From assembly GCA_964628165.1 (NCBI GenBank), contig CAZVPB010000001.1:1-34633 (forward strand): a stretch of DNA of 34,633 nucleotides, read 5' to 3'. The notes under the pieces were generated by a model. That model had not been told where the DNA came from. It did not search any database and saw nothing but the letters and a program-made list of their open reading frames with translations. This DNA comes from an uncultured Cyanobium sp. (GTDB lineage: Bacteria; Cyanobacteriota; Cyanobacteriia; PCC-6307; Cyanobiaceae). Each line of letters opens with the position of its first letter. Within the stretch, counting starts at the first letter, position 1. Shown here in pieces: positions 18,989 to 27,757 of the stretch. The position numbers and the translations under genes are program-made.

Positions 18989-19190
18989 GGGAAGAGGAGC
19001 TGCAGGGCTGGAGAGACGCGATGAGATGTTCGGTTGCATGCAGATCATGAGGCCGGAGAGATTCCGCCCAGGAAAGGCAACATGCTATGCCGCTCGCGAC
19101 TCCGACTTCTAGGGTAATTAACATGCAGCGAGATGGCAGCTATTCTGTGTCTATTTGTTACGCGAGGTCTCAGGCGGCCTTACCCCGGCT

Positions 19191-20402
19191 TCAAGCGCCT
19201 TTCATCTGCTGAAACTCCATCAGCACATGCAGGGTCATGATCACAGTTCCAATCAGCAGAACGGAATCAAGGTGAGCCGCGGCAAGGCCGGCACACCCGA
19301 AGGAGAACAGCATGAACCCGATCCCCAGCAGGGCGGTGAGCTTCGCCCACGTCTTCCTGTGCCGGGACTCCGGCACCAGCTCCTGAAGCCGGTCGTAGGT
19401 GAGCGTCACCATGGTCCAGATCCAGACACCGGTGAGGAAAGTGGCTGCAGCCACGGCAGGAAGGGAGCTCCCGAAGAGGTAGAGGAGACTGCCGGCAAGG
19501 CCGACCCAGGCGGCGATGGCGAGCAGGGATCGGGTCGGCCAGACCCTCGGCAGACTGGCCGCCACAAGAGCGCCTGAAGCGCAACCGAAGCCCAGCAGGG
19601 AAAGAGAGTCACTGCTCAACCCCGGTGCCAGACCGAGACGACGGCTGACCACCAGCGGCTCGTAGAGCACGACGGGAACCTGGCTGGCACCCATCAGGAA
19701 ATACCCAAAGGTCAGGGCTCGGAGCGAACGTGCTCTCCCGCCGGTTCCTGCAGCGCTCATGCCATCGTCAAGGCCCCGTGGTTCCGTGGTGGAGGGGCCC
19801 GGCAGGTGTGCGCTCCCCCCCGCCGGACTTCGAAGCAGCAGGGCAACCGGGATCGCCAGCAGAGAGGCCAACACCGCCAGCACCACCCAGGCCATGGAAG
19901 CGGAACGCGGTGCGAACGTGCCGATCGCAAACGCTCCCACCACGGCACCCAGTCCGGCACCCACCATCACCAGAGCCGTCCCTCGGCGGCGCCGGTTACC
20001 GCTCAGACCCCGCAGCGCCAGGCCAGGAACCCCTGCCATCAGGCATCCCGAGGCCCAGCCCGCCAGCAGTCTCCAGAGACCCTGCCACCATCCGCTCAGA
20101 CCCAGGGCTTCCAGCCACAGGGAGGCCACGGTCACTGCCAGAGAGAGACCCATCACACGCCTCAGGCCAGTGTCGTTGCGGATCTGGGTCTGGTGGATGC
20201 ATCCGAGGACATATCCGGCAAGATTGAGACCCGCCAGGCGGCCGATGGCCCGAGGCTCGACCCAGCCGGATTCCAGCATCTGGCGGCCCAGGGCCGCGAA
20301 ATCAAACCGCACCACCCCCAGTCCCAGCGCGATGGCACAGGCACCCGCGAAGATTCGGAGCCTGCTGCCCCGGGGCCAGACCATGGCTGAACGATCTGAC
20401 AT
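19191..20402 (-). CDS. MFS transporter, YbfB/YjiJ-like
   Basis: About 12 hydrophobic segments, with LGLGVVRFDFA, LAGLNLAGYVLG and WRLLAGWASG motifs. Start uncertain (20384-20447). Confidence 0.8.
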   Translation of the reverse strand: MSDRSAMVWPRGSRLRIFAGACAIALGLGVVRFDFAALGRQMLESGWVEPRAIGRLAGLNLAGYVLGCIHQTQIRNDTGLRRVMGLSLAVTVASLWLEALGLSGWWQGLWRLLAGWASGCLMAGVPGLALRGLSGNRRRRGTALVMVGAGLGAVVGAFAIGTFAPRSASMAWVVLAVLASLLAIPVALLLRSPAGGSAHLPGPSTTEPRGLDDGMSAAGTGGRARSLRALTFGYFLMGASQVPVVLYEPLVVSRRLGLAPGLSSDSLSLLGFGCASGALVAASLPRVWPTRSLLAIAAWVGLAGSLLYLFGSSLPAVAAATFLTGVWIWTMVTLTYDRLQELVPESRHRKTWAKLTALLGIGFMLFSFGCAGLAAAHLDSVLLIGTVIMTLHVLMEFQQMKGA

Positions 20403-20488
20403 CCGATCGGCCCCTGAGGGATGGCAACGACCCTGACACAGCCCCATCGAGACTCTTCATGAAGCGATAGCTTCAGAAAAGTCGTCAG

Positions 20489-21832
20489 ATGACCATGGCG
20501 CATTGGGACGACATCATCATCGGCAACGGGCTGACGGGAGCCTGCGTGGCCCGGACCCTCGCTGATGCCGGTCGCAGGGTACTGATCATCGAGCGGGGGC
20601 GGGCGGTGAGCGACCCTCCCGGTTCCCACCTGCGCAACCTGGCCGAATCCCGCAACGATCCGGACGGGTGGTTCGCGACCGTCGATCGCTACGTGACCTA
20701 TCTCGATCCGGAAGCCCCCGCCCCGGCCCTGCCCGGGGCCTACACCAGCGCGGTCGTTGGCGGCAGTGGCATCCTCTGGACCAACAACTGCCCCAGGGCC
20801 ACCGCCGGCCTGGACCGGCCTGAGCAGCTCTCGGAACCGGAATGGGAGGAGTCCTACCGGCAGGTGGAGGGCTACCTGGATGTACGCCGGGAGGAGTTCG
20901 CCGACAGCCGCCGTGCCTCGCTCATCCGTGCGGCCCTGGGGACGACCCTGGCGGATCAGGGGCGCAGCCTCACCCCCCTGCCCCTCGCCGGACGCCGACT
21001 CGGTCCCCACAACATCCACTACACCGGTCCCGCCGATGTCCTTGCGGCAGGGTCCGGCCCGGTGGCGCAGCTGAGCGGCACGGCCGACCGCCTCGAGCTG
21101 GAGGGGAATCAGGTGAAGGGGGTGTGGGTGGACGGAACCCTCCACCCCACCCGCCACGTGGTGCTGGCCACCGGAGCCCTGGACGCCCCACTTCTCCTGT
21201 GGCGATCCGGGATCACCGCTCCAGCGATCGGACGCCATCTGTCCTTTCATCCGGTCCTGGCGACCCAGGTGGTCCTGGATGAGGGACAGACGGCCGTCGC
21301 CGACGATGATCCCCTGCCCCGGCTGGGGATCCCTGCCACATCCGCCCATCCCTGGTTCGTGATGGTGCTGCGGGACACCAATCCCCTGCCTGTGGACCCT
21401 TCCGATCTGGCGGTGCCTCCCCATCGCCTGGTGGAGATCCAGGCGTTCGGCCCGATCGATCCCCATCCCGACAACCGAATGTGGGTGGACGACAGCGGAA
21501 CGGTGCACTTCGACGTGCCGATCAGACCTGCTGATCAGGAGCGATTGGACGCCATCGAACGCGATGTGCTCGACCTGATCGGCGGTCTCGGTCGCGTGCG
21601 GCGCGGCTGCGAGCCCACCTGGTCCGCGCCGGGCACAGCTCACCTGATGGGTTCCTGCCGGATGGGGGCCGACGACGGCACGTCGGTCACGGACCGGATC
21701 GGCGCACTCCATGGCTTCGAGGGCGTGGAAATCGCCGGCAATGCCGTGATCCCCACCCGGCTCCTGGTGAACCCCACCCTCACCGCCCTGGCCCTGGCGG
21801 TGCACGGTCAGCGTTCAGGGGCCCTGGCGTGA
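20489..21832 (+). CDS. GMC oxidoreductase, pyranose oxidase / glycoside-3-oxidase-like
   Basis: Rossmann motif GNGLTG...IERG, PPGSHLRN, VVGGSGILWTNNCPR, catalytic His (PGTAHLMGSCRMG) and Asn (VNPTLTA). Confidence 0.85.
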   Translation: MTMAHWDDIIIGNGLTGACVARTLADAGRRVLIIERGRAVSDPPGSHLRNLAESRNDPDGWFATVDRYVTYLDPEAPAPALPGAYTSAVVGGSGILWTNNCPRATAGLDRPEQLSEPEWEESYRQVEGYLDVRREEFADSRRASLIRAALGTTLADQGRSLTPLPLAGRRLGPHNIHYTGPADVLAAGSGPVAQLSGTADRLELEGNQVKGVWVDGTLHPTRHVVLATGALDAPLLLWRSGITAPAIGRHLSFHPVLATQVVLDEGQTAVADDDPLPRLGIPATSAHPWFVMVLRDTNPLPVDPSDLAVPPHRLVEIQAFGPIDPHPDNRMWVDDSGTVHFDVPIRPADQERLDAIERDVLDLIGGLGRVRRGCEPTWSAPGTAHLMGSCRMGADDGTSVTDRIGALHGFEGVEIAGNAVIPTRLLVNPTLTALALAVHGQRSGALA

Positions 21833-22861
21833 GATCAGCGCACTGATCACATGCACCGTGAAGTCGAACGCCTCGGGGGTGGCGCGGACATGCCGTTCGA
21901 GCCGGTGGTAGAGCTCTTCGATCGCCCCTCCTCCCGCCGGGTCAAGGGCCGCCTTGAGACTCGGCTCGCTGAAGGCGCGCACGAAGCCCACGAAATCCTT
22001 CACGAAGGCATCGAGATCGCCATCGGCGCGGAATCGCCTCCAGGCAGGAGGCTGCGAGTCGCGCAACGCAAGCTGTTCCAGGTGGAGATGGGCTCCCAGT
22101 CCCTCAGAAAAGGGGCGGCGCACTTCCTCGAGCGTTCGCTCATAGACGGGAAAAACGTACCCCTCCAGGCGTTCCGGTGCGATCCGGCCTTCGGAAACCA
22201 GATCCTCAGCGATGTTCCGGATGTGGGCCCACAGGGTGTGTCCCGTTGCAGGACCCAGGTCATGGCGCCCCATCATGTCGAGAACAAGGGATCCCCCCGG
22301 CGCGAGTTCGAGGGCCCGCAACATGAGGAAGTGACTCCAGTCCTGATGGGCCTGGTTAGCCATCTCCAGGGCCTCTGCGCCTGCAAGTTGATCAAAGAAC
22401 AGCGCTGTGCCTGCAGACGCGGGACCTGGTCGCTCGAGCCACTGAAGCGCAGCAAAGCTCAGCCCGAGATTGAGCAGCCCCGGAGGCATGACGGGCTGGT
22501 AGAAGGAGCATGCCGCTGTCATCGGAGTGATGGGCCCACCGTTCACCCCGAGATAACTGCCTTCGCCTCGCAGCGCCTCAAAAAGGCCTGCCCAGTCGTT
22601 CAGGAGAACATCATTGTGTATGACGTGGATGGGAACCTGAAAAGCCCGGGCACGAATCCGCTCCACGGAACTTCGGATCAGCGGTGCAGTTGCCATCCCT
22701 TGGGCACATCCATAGTCTGCAATGACAACAGCCCCCTTGCTGGAATCAGGCACGATGCGATCCGCGGCAGTCGACACCATGTCCTGAAGGGCGGCGGCAT
22801 CCTGGAGCTGAGGTGCGCTGAAGCGGTCGTAGTCGCCGCCCCCGAGCATGGCATGAGTCAT
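21815..22861 (-). CDS. SABATH-family (Methyltransf_7) SAM-dependent carboxyl methyltransferase
   Basis: M.GGG.Y...S..Q, IADYGCAQG, NDV..NDW..LF, SFY...P, S..ALQWL and DW..FL..RA.EL.PGG are all hallmarks of the family. Confidence 0.88.
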   Translation of the reverse strand: MTHAMLGGGDYDRFSAPQLQDAAALQDMVSTAADRIVPDSSKGAVVIADYGCAQGMATAPLIRSSVERIRARAFQVPIHVIHNDVLLNDWAGLFEALRGEGSYLGVNGGPITPMTAACSFYQPVMPPGLLNLGLSFAALQWLERPGPASAGTALFFDQLAGAEALEMANQAHQDWSHFLMLRALELAPGGSLVLDMMGRHDLGPATGHTLWAHIRNIAEDLVSEGRIAPERLEGYVFPVYERTLEEVRRPFSEGLGAHLHLEQLALRDSQPPAWRRFRADGDLDAFVKDFVGFVRAFSEPSLKAALDPAGGGAIEELYHRLERHVRATPEAFDFTVHVISALISRQGP

Positions 22862-22917
22862 GTAAGGAAAGAGCTGCTATGCGATGGTAAGCGTGTGAGT
22901 TCCCACGCAGGTCCGAG

Positions 22918-23589
22918 TCATCGAACCGGTGGCAAGGACTTCCAGTCCTTCCAGTCAAAATGCCACCATTCAGTAGGAAAGGCCACGAAACCACGCCGTT
23001 CCATCGCCTCCCGCAGTCGACGGGCATGGGCCGCCTGCTCTGTCGTGGCCAAGGAACTGCCGACATGGGCAACCGCACTGAAATCATCGAAGTCGGAGGG
23101 CATCACCAACGGCTTGCCCCTCCGGTCAACCAGCGTCACGTCAACGGCCGTGCCCCGGGTATGGCGACCGGCATTCACTGAGGGATCCGAGACGTAGCGG
23201 GGATCCCTGATCTTCTGCCACATCCTCTCCTGAACGCTCAGGGGCCGATAGGCATCCCACACCTTCAGACCAAGCCCCTCACGCGCGAGATCCCGCTGCA
23301 CCTGCTGGAGCGCAAGGGCGACGGGACAACGCAGCCGCGCCACAGGTTGGTCATAGAGGACCTCACCCATAAAGTTGTAGGGACTGGCATACCGCAGCTC
23401 CAGCAATGGCCTGGGGTTGATGGCCATCAGTGGTACGAGAGCATCGCCCTTGCACTGCAGGGGAGAGAGGGTGGAGGGGGCGAGGGTCTGTGCGGTGGCA
23501 GTCAGGGCAGAACAGAAGCCGACCGCAATTCCGAGAATGGCGAAGCGGTGAAGGGCGAAGCACTGAATACGGTGAAGCATCGGTCTCAT
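22918..23589 (-). CDS. D-alanyl-D-alanine dipeptidase (M15D, VanX/DdpX-like) with signal peptide
   Basis: LRYASPYNF, LKVWDAYRP..VQ..MW, HTRGTAVD and EWWHFD, with a hydrophobic N-terminus. Start uncertain (23580/23589). Confidence 0.9.
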   Translation of the reverse strand: MRPMLHRIQCFALHRFAILGIAVGFCSALTATAQTLAPSTLSPLQCKGDALVPLMAINPRPLLELRYASPYNFMGEVLYDQPVARLRCPVALALQQVQRDLAREGLGLKVWDAYRPLSVQERMWQKIRDPRYVSDPSVNAGRHTRGTAVDVTLVDRRGKPLVMPSDFDDFSAVAHVGSSLATTEQAAHARRLREAMERRGFVAFPTEWWHFDWKDWKSLPPVR

Positions 23590-24027
23590 CCCGGGCAGTG
23601 ACGGCTTGCTTTTCGCGGCACGGTGGTTGGGGGCCGCTCTCATCACCAGTCTGCACCTGGCGCGGACAGCCCCGCGACGCCCGGAAACGGTGTCATCAGT
23701 GGTGCCCCAGGCCAGGACCGCTCCGAGGCTTCCCGTGGACGAGGGTGATGGGATGTGTTCGGGTTGCCGGCCGTGCTCCAGACAAGTTCCCAGGCCAGCC
23801 CCAGCCCACCCTTGCCAGGGTTGAAAATCCGGGAAAAGCAACTCTTCAGCCCCTGCCATGCCGTCGCATTCCCGCCCCAGTCTCTCCACTTCAGAGGGGA
23901 TCTTTTTCGAGCGGGGTATTGATGAAGGAAACCAGAGAATACCCGGATTTGCATCTGCGGAGTGGACTCGCCCTGCTTACCATCATGATGATGATGCATG
24001 TGAAAAGGGAATTCGATCCGGGACGGA

Positions 24028-25092
24028 TCAGTTGGCCATGAAAGCAGAACTTCCGTGAGGATGCCCCGTGTCAGATGGCTTCTCAGGTGCCCCGATCTTG
24101 AAGATCCATGGACTCACTCCGATCTCCCCACTCAACCATGCCTGTGCATGCTCAGCGCCGGCTTGATCCGCATGCAATGAGAGGACACTGCCATCACCCC
24201 CTGCACCGCTGAACTTCGCCCCGAGCGCTCCGCACTTCTGCAGACCTTCCACAGCCCTTTGGAGGGATGGTGCTCGGAGCGCGGGCAGACAGGAAGCCAT
24301 GCGGTCGTAGGCATCCTGGCAACGATTCATCGATTGACCCAGGGCCACAAGATTGCCATGGTTCAACGCCCTGGCTCCCATCTCCGCCTCGGCAGCGAAG
24401 GTCGTCAGTGCCCACTTTACCGCGGCAACGGCCATCGGATCATGTGGCGTGGACGGTTCGTTGTAGAAATTCTCCTGCAGTGTGCGCAGGATGGAAGGAG
24501 TATCTCGTGGTGCACCAAGAGAGCTGAGGACCAGATAAAGCGTGCTCTTCGGTTCGATGTGTTCCATCGAGACCAAGCCTTCACCATCCCATCGAAGCAA
24601 TACCGGCCCTCCTGCTACACATGCGAGCGGGTCGAGCTGTCCGCATGCCACTCCCAGGAGGTCTCGTTCCACCTGTGTGGCGATCCCAGCAAGCGGGATT
24701 TTTTCCAGGCTGCAACCAGCATGCCGGGCCAACGCATCCACCACACTGAGGCAGAACGCAGCGGAGGAGGAAAAACCCCTGCCAGGAGGCAGATCCGATG
24801 TGATCGTCAACCGAACGGGTGGCACCACGATCCCCCGGGACCGCAGGGCGACGACGGCAGCGGGGACAAAGCGCAGCTGCCCGCCTCCCCGATCCACTGA
24901 GCCTTCGATGCTCCAGCGCCCCTCCAGGAGGCGGCCTTCGAGCGTGGACTGCGCAATCAGGTCACACTGAGCAGCCTCAGCTGTGACGTGAATCCCCTGA
25001 GCAAGGGGTACGGCGAGGCTGGAGCCCCCGCCCCAGTCGCAGTGTTCGCCCAGCAGACACGCGCGTCCCGGGTAGCTGACGGTGATGGACAT
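24028..25092 (-). CDS. GHMP-family kinase (galactokinase/mevalonate-kinase-like)
   Basis: PGRACLLGEHCD, the ATP loop LPPGRGFSSSAA, CGQLD and GAKFSGAGGDG. Confidence 0.88.
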   Translation of the reverse strand: MSITVSYPGRACLLGEHCDWGGGSSLAVPLAQGIHVTAEAAQCDLIAQSTLEGRLLEGRWSIEGSVDRGGGQLRFVPAAVVALRSRGIVVPPVRLTITSDLPPGRGFSSSAAFCLSVVDALARHAGCSLEKIPLAGIATQVERDLLGVACGQLDPLACVAGGPVLLRWDGEGLVSMEHIEPKSTLYLVLSSLGAPRDTPSILRTLQENFYNEPSTPHDPMAVAAVKWALTTFAAEAEMGARALNHGNLVALGQSMNRCQDAYDRMASCLPALRAPSLQRAVEGLQKCGALGAKFSGAGGDGSVLSLHADQAGAEHAQAWLSGEIGVSPWIFKIGAPEKPSDTGHPHGSSAFMAN

Positions 25093-25199
25093 GGGGATTG
25101 CCCACGACTGGGACCGCAACACCATGATGCGATCCGCCCGTGACCGACCTGCTGAGACGGAACTCCTAGGCTTGCTTCACCGCAGAGAGGCCGAAGTCC

Positions 25200-25634
25200 A
25201 TGTCTTCTTCACTGCAGGGCCGCTGCCTGTGCGGCGTCATCCGCCTCACCGTTGCGGAACCGCCCTCCCACCTCGACGCCTGCCACTGCGGCATGTGCCG
25301 CCGCTGGGGGGGAGGACCGGCCCTGGGCTTCGCCACCTCCGCCGTGGACATCACCCCGATGGACGAAGTCAGCGTCTTCGACTCCTCGGAATGGGCCCAG
25401 CGGGGGTTCTGCCGGCGGTGCGGCAGCCATCTGTTCTGGAAGGCCCGGGCCAAGGATCTCTATTTCCTGCCGGCGGGCCTGTTCGACGATCTCGGCGATG
25501 TGACCTTCACCGAGGAGATCTACTTCGACCACAAACCCGGCTATTACAACTTCGCCGACCCCACTCTCAAGCTGAGCGAGGCCGAAACGCTGGCGAAATA
25601 CGCCTCCTCGATCTCCGAAGGAGAGAGCGACTGA
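25200..25634 (+). CDS. GFA family Zn-binding protein (glutathione-dependent formaldehyde-activating-like)
   Basis: GRCLCG, CHCGMCRRWGG and RGFCRRCGSHLF. Confidence 0.92.
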   Translation: MSSSLQGRCLCGVIRLTVAEPPSHLDACHCGMCRRWGGGPALGFATSAVDITPMDEVSVFDSSEWAQRGFCRRCGSHLFWKARAKDLYFLPAGLFDDLGDVTFTEEIYFDHKPGYYNFADPTLKLSEAETLAKYASSISEGESD

Positions 25635-25637
25635 GTG

Positions 25638-26633
25638 ATGGTGTCCGAACCGCTCACCCTGCCCGGCAACGGCACGTCCCGTCAGCTGCGCTGCCGGGTG
25701 CTGCAGTCGCCTCTGGCGGGCGTCTCCGACCGGGTGTTCCGCAGCCTGGTGCGGCGCTGGAGCGCCGACGCCCTGCTGTTCACCGAGATGGTGAACGCCA
25801 CCAGCCTGGAGCTCGGCCACGGCGTGAAGAAGGTGGAGCAGCTGGCCGCGGAGAGCGGGCCGGTCGGCGTGCAGCTGTTCGACCACCGGCCGGCGCCGAT
25901 GGTGGAGGCGGCCCGGCGGGCCGAGGCGCTGGGGGCCTTCCTGATCGACATCAACATGGGCTGCCCGGTGCGGAAGATCGCCCGCAAGGGGGGCGGCAGC
26001 GGCCTGATCCGCGATCCCGATCTGGCCTGCCGCATCGTGGCGGCCGTGGCCGGCGCCGTGTCCATCCCCGTCACCGTGAAGACCCGCCTGGGGTGGTGCG
26101 GCGGTGAGGCCGATCCGGTGGGCTGGTGCCGCCGTCTGGAGAACGCCGGCGCCCAGCTGCTCACGCTCCATGGCCGCACCCGCGAGCAGGCCTTCCGGGG
26201 GCAGGCCGACTGGGGCGCCATCGCCCGGGTGAAGCGGGCGCTGCGGATCCCGGTGATCGCCAACGGCGACATCCGCACCCCCGCCGACGCCCTGCGCTGC
26301 CTGGAGACCACCGGTGCCGACGGGGTGATGGTGGGCCGCGGCACGATGGGGGCCCCCTGGCTGGTGGGCCAGATCGACGCGGCGCTCAGGGGCCGGCCGG
26401 TGCCCCCCACCCCCGGCATGGAGGAGCGCCTGCGGCTGGCGGCCGATCAGCTGCGGGCCCTCGTGGCGGAGAAGGGGGACCACGGGCTGCTGATCGCCCG
26501 CAAGCACATGGGATGGACCTGCGCCGGCTTTCCGGGAGCGGCGCAGCTGCGCCACGACCTGATGCGCGCCCCCACCCCCGCCGCCGCGCTGGACCTGCTC
26601 GAGGCGGGACTGCCGGCCTGCCCGGCGGGGTGA
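25638..26633 (+). CDS. dusB: tRNA-dihydrouridine synthase DusB
   Basis: SPLAGVSD, IDINMGCPV.KI...GGGSGL, VTVKTRLGW, LHGRTR and VIANGDI. Confidence 0.93.
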   Translation: MVSEPLTLPGNGTSRQLRCRVLQSPLAGVSDRVFRSLVRRWSADALLFTEMVNATSLELGHGVKKVEQLAAESGPVGVQLFDHRPAPMVEAARRAEALGAFLIDINMGCPVRKIARKGGGSGLIRDPDLACRIVAAVAGAVSIPVTVKTRLGWCGGEADPVGWCRRLENAGAQLLTLHGRTREQAFRGQADWGAIARVKRALRIPVIANGDIRTPADALRCLETTGADGVMVGRGTMGAPWLVGQIDAALRGRPVPPTPGMEERLRLAADQLRALVAEKGDHGLLIARKHMGWTCAGFPGAAQLRHDLMRAPTPAAALDLLEAGLPACPAG

Positions 26634-26663
26634 TGGAGCCGGCGGGCGGCGGTCGATGCCGGC

Positions 26664-27728
26664 TCAGGCGGCGATGATCCTGCGGAGGTCGTCGGCAAGA
26701 GCCTGGCCGGCCCGGTCCACCGTCACGATCTCGATCTGCTCCGCCCCGGCCGCCCCCAGGCCGAGTTCCACGGCCCGCTCGATCTGTTCCTGCCGCCAGA
26801 TCGAACCCCGGGCGACCTCAGGTGTCGTGCCCAGGGACCGCAGCAGGGCGATCGCCACCACATCCACGGCCACCCGGTCGGTGCCGGCCAGGATCACCCC
26901 GGGCCGCACCTTCCGCCCCGACTCGGGGCCGCCGCTCACGAACGCCTCCACCCCGTCGAGCAGCACGAGGGCGGGGGAATAGGCCTGGTTGATCTCCGCG
27001 ATCATGAGCCTCTGGTGGGGTGAGGAGTGGAGATCCCCCATGTAGTTGTGGGACTCGCCGGGCAGGGTCTTGGCCACCAGCCCCACCGTGTTCTTCAGCG
27101 AAAGGGTGACGTGGCCGCCGAAGCGGTGGGTCTTGAGGCAGCAGGTGTTCACCACGGCTCCCGCCTCCAGCGCCGGCCGGGCGAAGGCGAACCCCTGGGG
27201 CCAGTGGGTGCCCTCCGCCGCCACCAGCTGCCAGTCGTCCCGTTCCAGCTCATCGAGCACCAGCGCCTCGAGCCCGAGACGGTCCGCCAGCCGGAACACC
27301 CCCTTCGCCTCCATGGCCCGGCGGGTGTCGGCCATGCCGGAACGGTCCCCCACCGTGATCGAGGCGGCGCCCGCGTTCCGGAGCTCCCCCACCAGCGCCT
27401 CCAGCAGGGCCGTGTCGGTGGCGGCAGGGGCCGGATCGCCGGTGTTGTAGTTGGGCTTGAGGAACACGGTGCGGCCGGCCAGGCCGGCGGGCCGGAGCGC
27501 CTCGATGGCGGCGCGGGTGCCGCGCACCCGGTCCTCGCTGCGGATGAGCACGACCCTGCTCACGGCCGCCTTGTGGGAGGGGGGCGCCGGCTGCGGGGTG
27601 GAGGCGGGGGGCCGGCCTGTGGCTCCGGAACCGCACCCCACCGAGAGGGCGGCGCTGCCGGCGGCGAGGCTGGCCAGGCGCAGCACCTGGCGGCGGCTGA
27701 TTCCCTGCTGCGGATCGGAACCCGCCAT
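26664..27728 (-). CDS. DUF362 domain protein with Tat/lipoprotein signal
   Basis: SRRQVL twin-Arg motif and LSVGC lipobox-like sequence; VFLKPNYN, LKTHRFGGHVTLSLKN..G and DRVAVD. Confidence 0.82.
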   Translation of the reverse strand: MAGSDPQQGISRRQVLRLASLAAGSAALSVGCGSGATGRPPASTPQPAPPSHKAAVSRVVLIRSEDRVRGTRAAIEALRPAGLAGRTVFLKPNYNTGDPAPAATDTALLEALVGELRNAGAASITVGDRSGMADTRRAMEAKGVFRLADRLGLEALVLDELERDDWQLVAAEGTHWPQGFAFARPALEAGAVVNTCCLKTHRFGGHVTLSLKNTVGLVAKTLPGESHNYMGDLHSSPHQRLMIAEINQAYSPALVLLDGVEAFVSGGPESGRKVRPGVILAGTDRVAVDVVAIALLRSLGTTPEVARGSIWRQEQIERAVELGLGAAGAEQIEIVTVDRAGQALADDLRRIIAA

Positions 27729-27757
27729 GGGCCGCCTCCGACGGGCACCTCCCCAAC

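Larger units (their letters stand above)
9590..25190. other. Lower-GC accessory/genomic island of metabolic genes
   Basis: Codon bias relaxes abruptly after yebC and returns at the GFA/dusB genes. Hand-counted 60-mers: 2221-2280 = 47/60 GC, 18121-18180 = 24/60, 18421-18480 = 20/60. It has long intergenic gaps and mixed gene orientation. Boundaries are approximate and no integrase is seen. Confidence 0.75.

Noticed and set aside
22918-23589. Vancomycin-resistance locus
   Set aside because: Only a VanX-like peptidase is present, with no vanH/vanA/vanRS.
23643-23999. 118-aa ORF starting MHHHHD in the ddpX-GHMP gap
   Set aside because: The His run comes from a short (ATG/CAT)n microrepeat. There is no codon bias or motif support.
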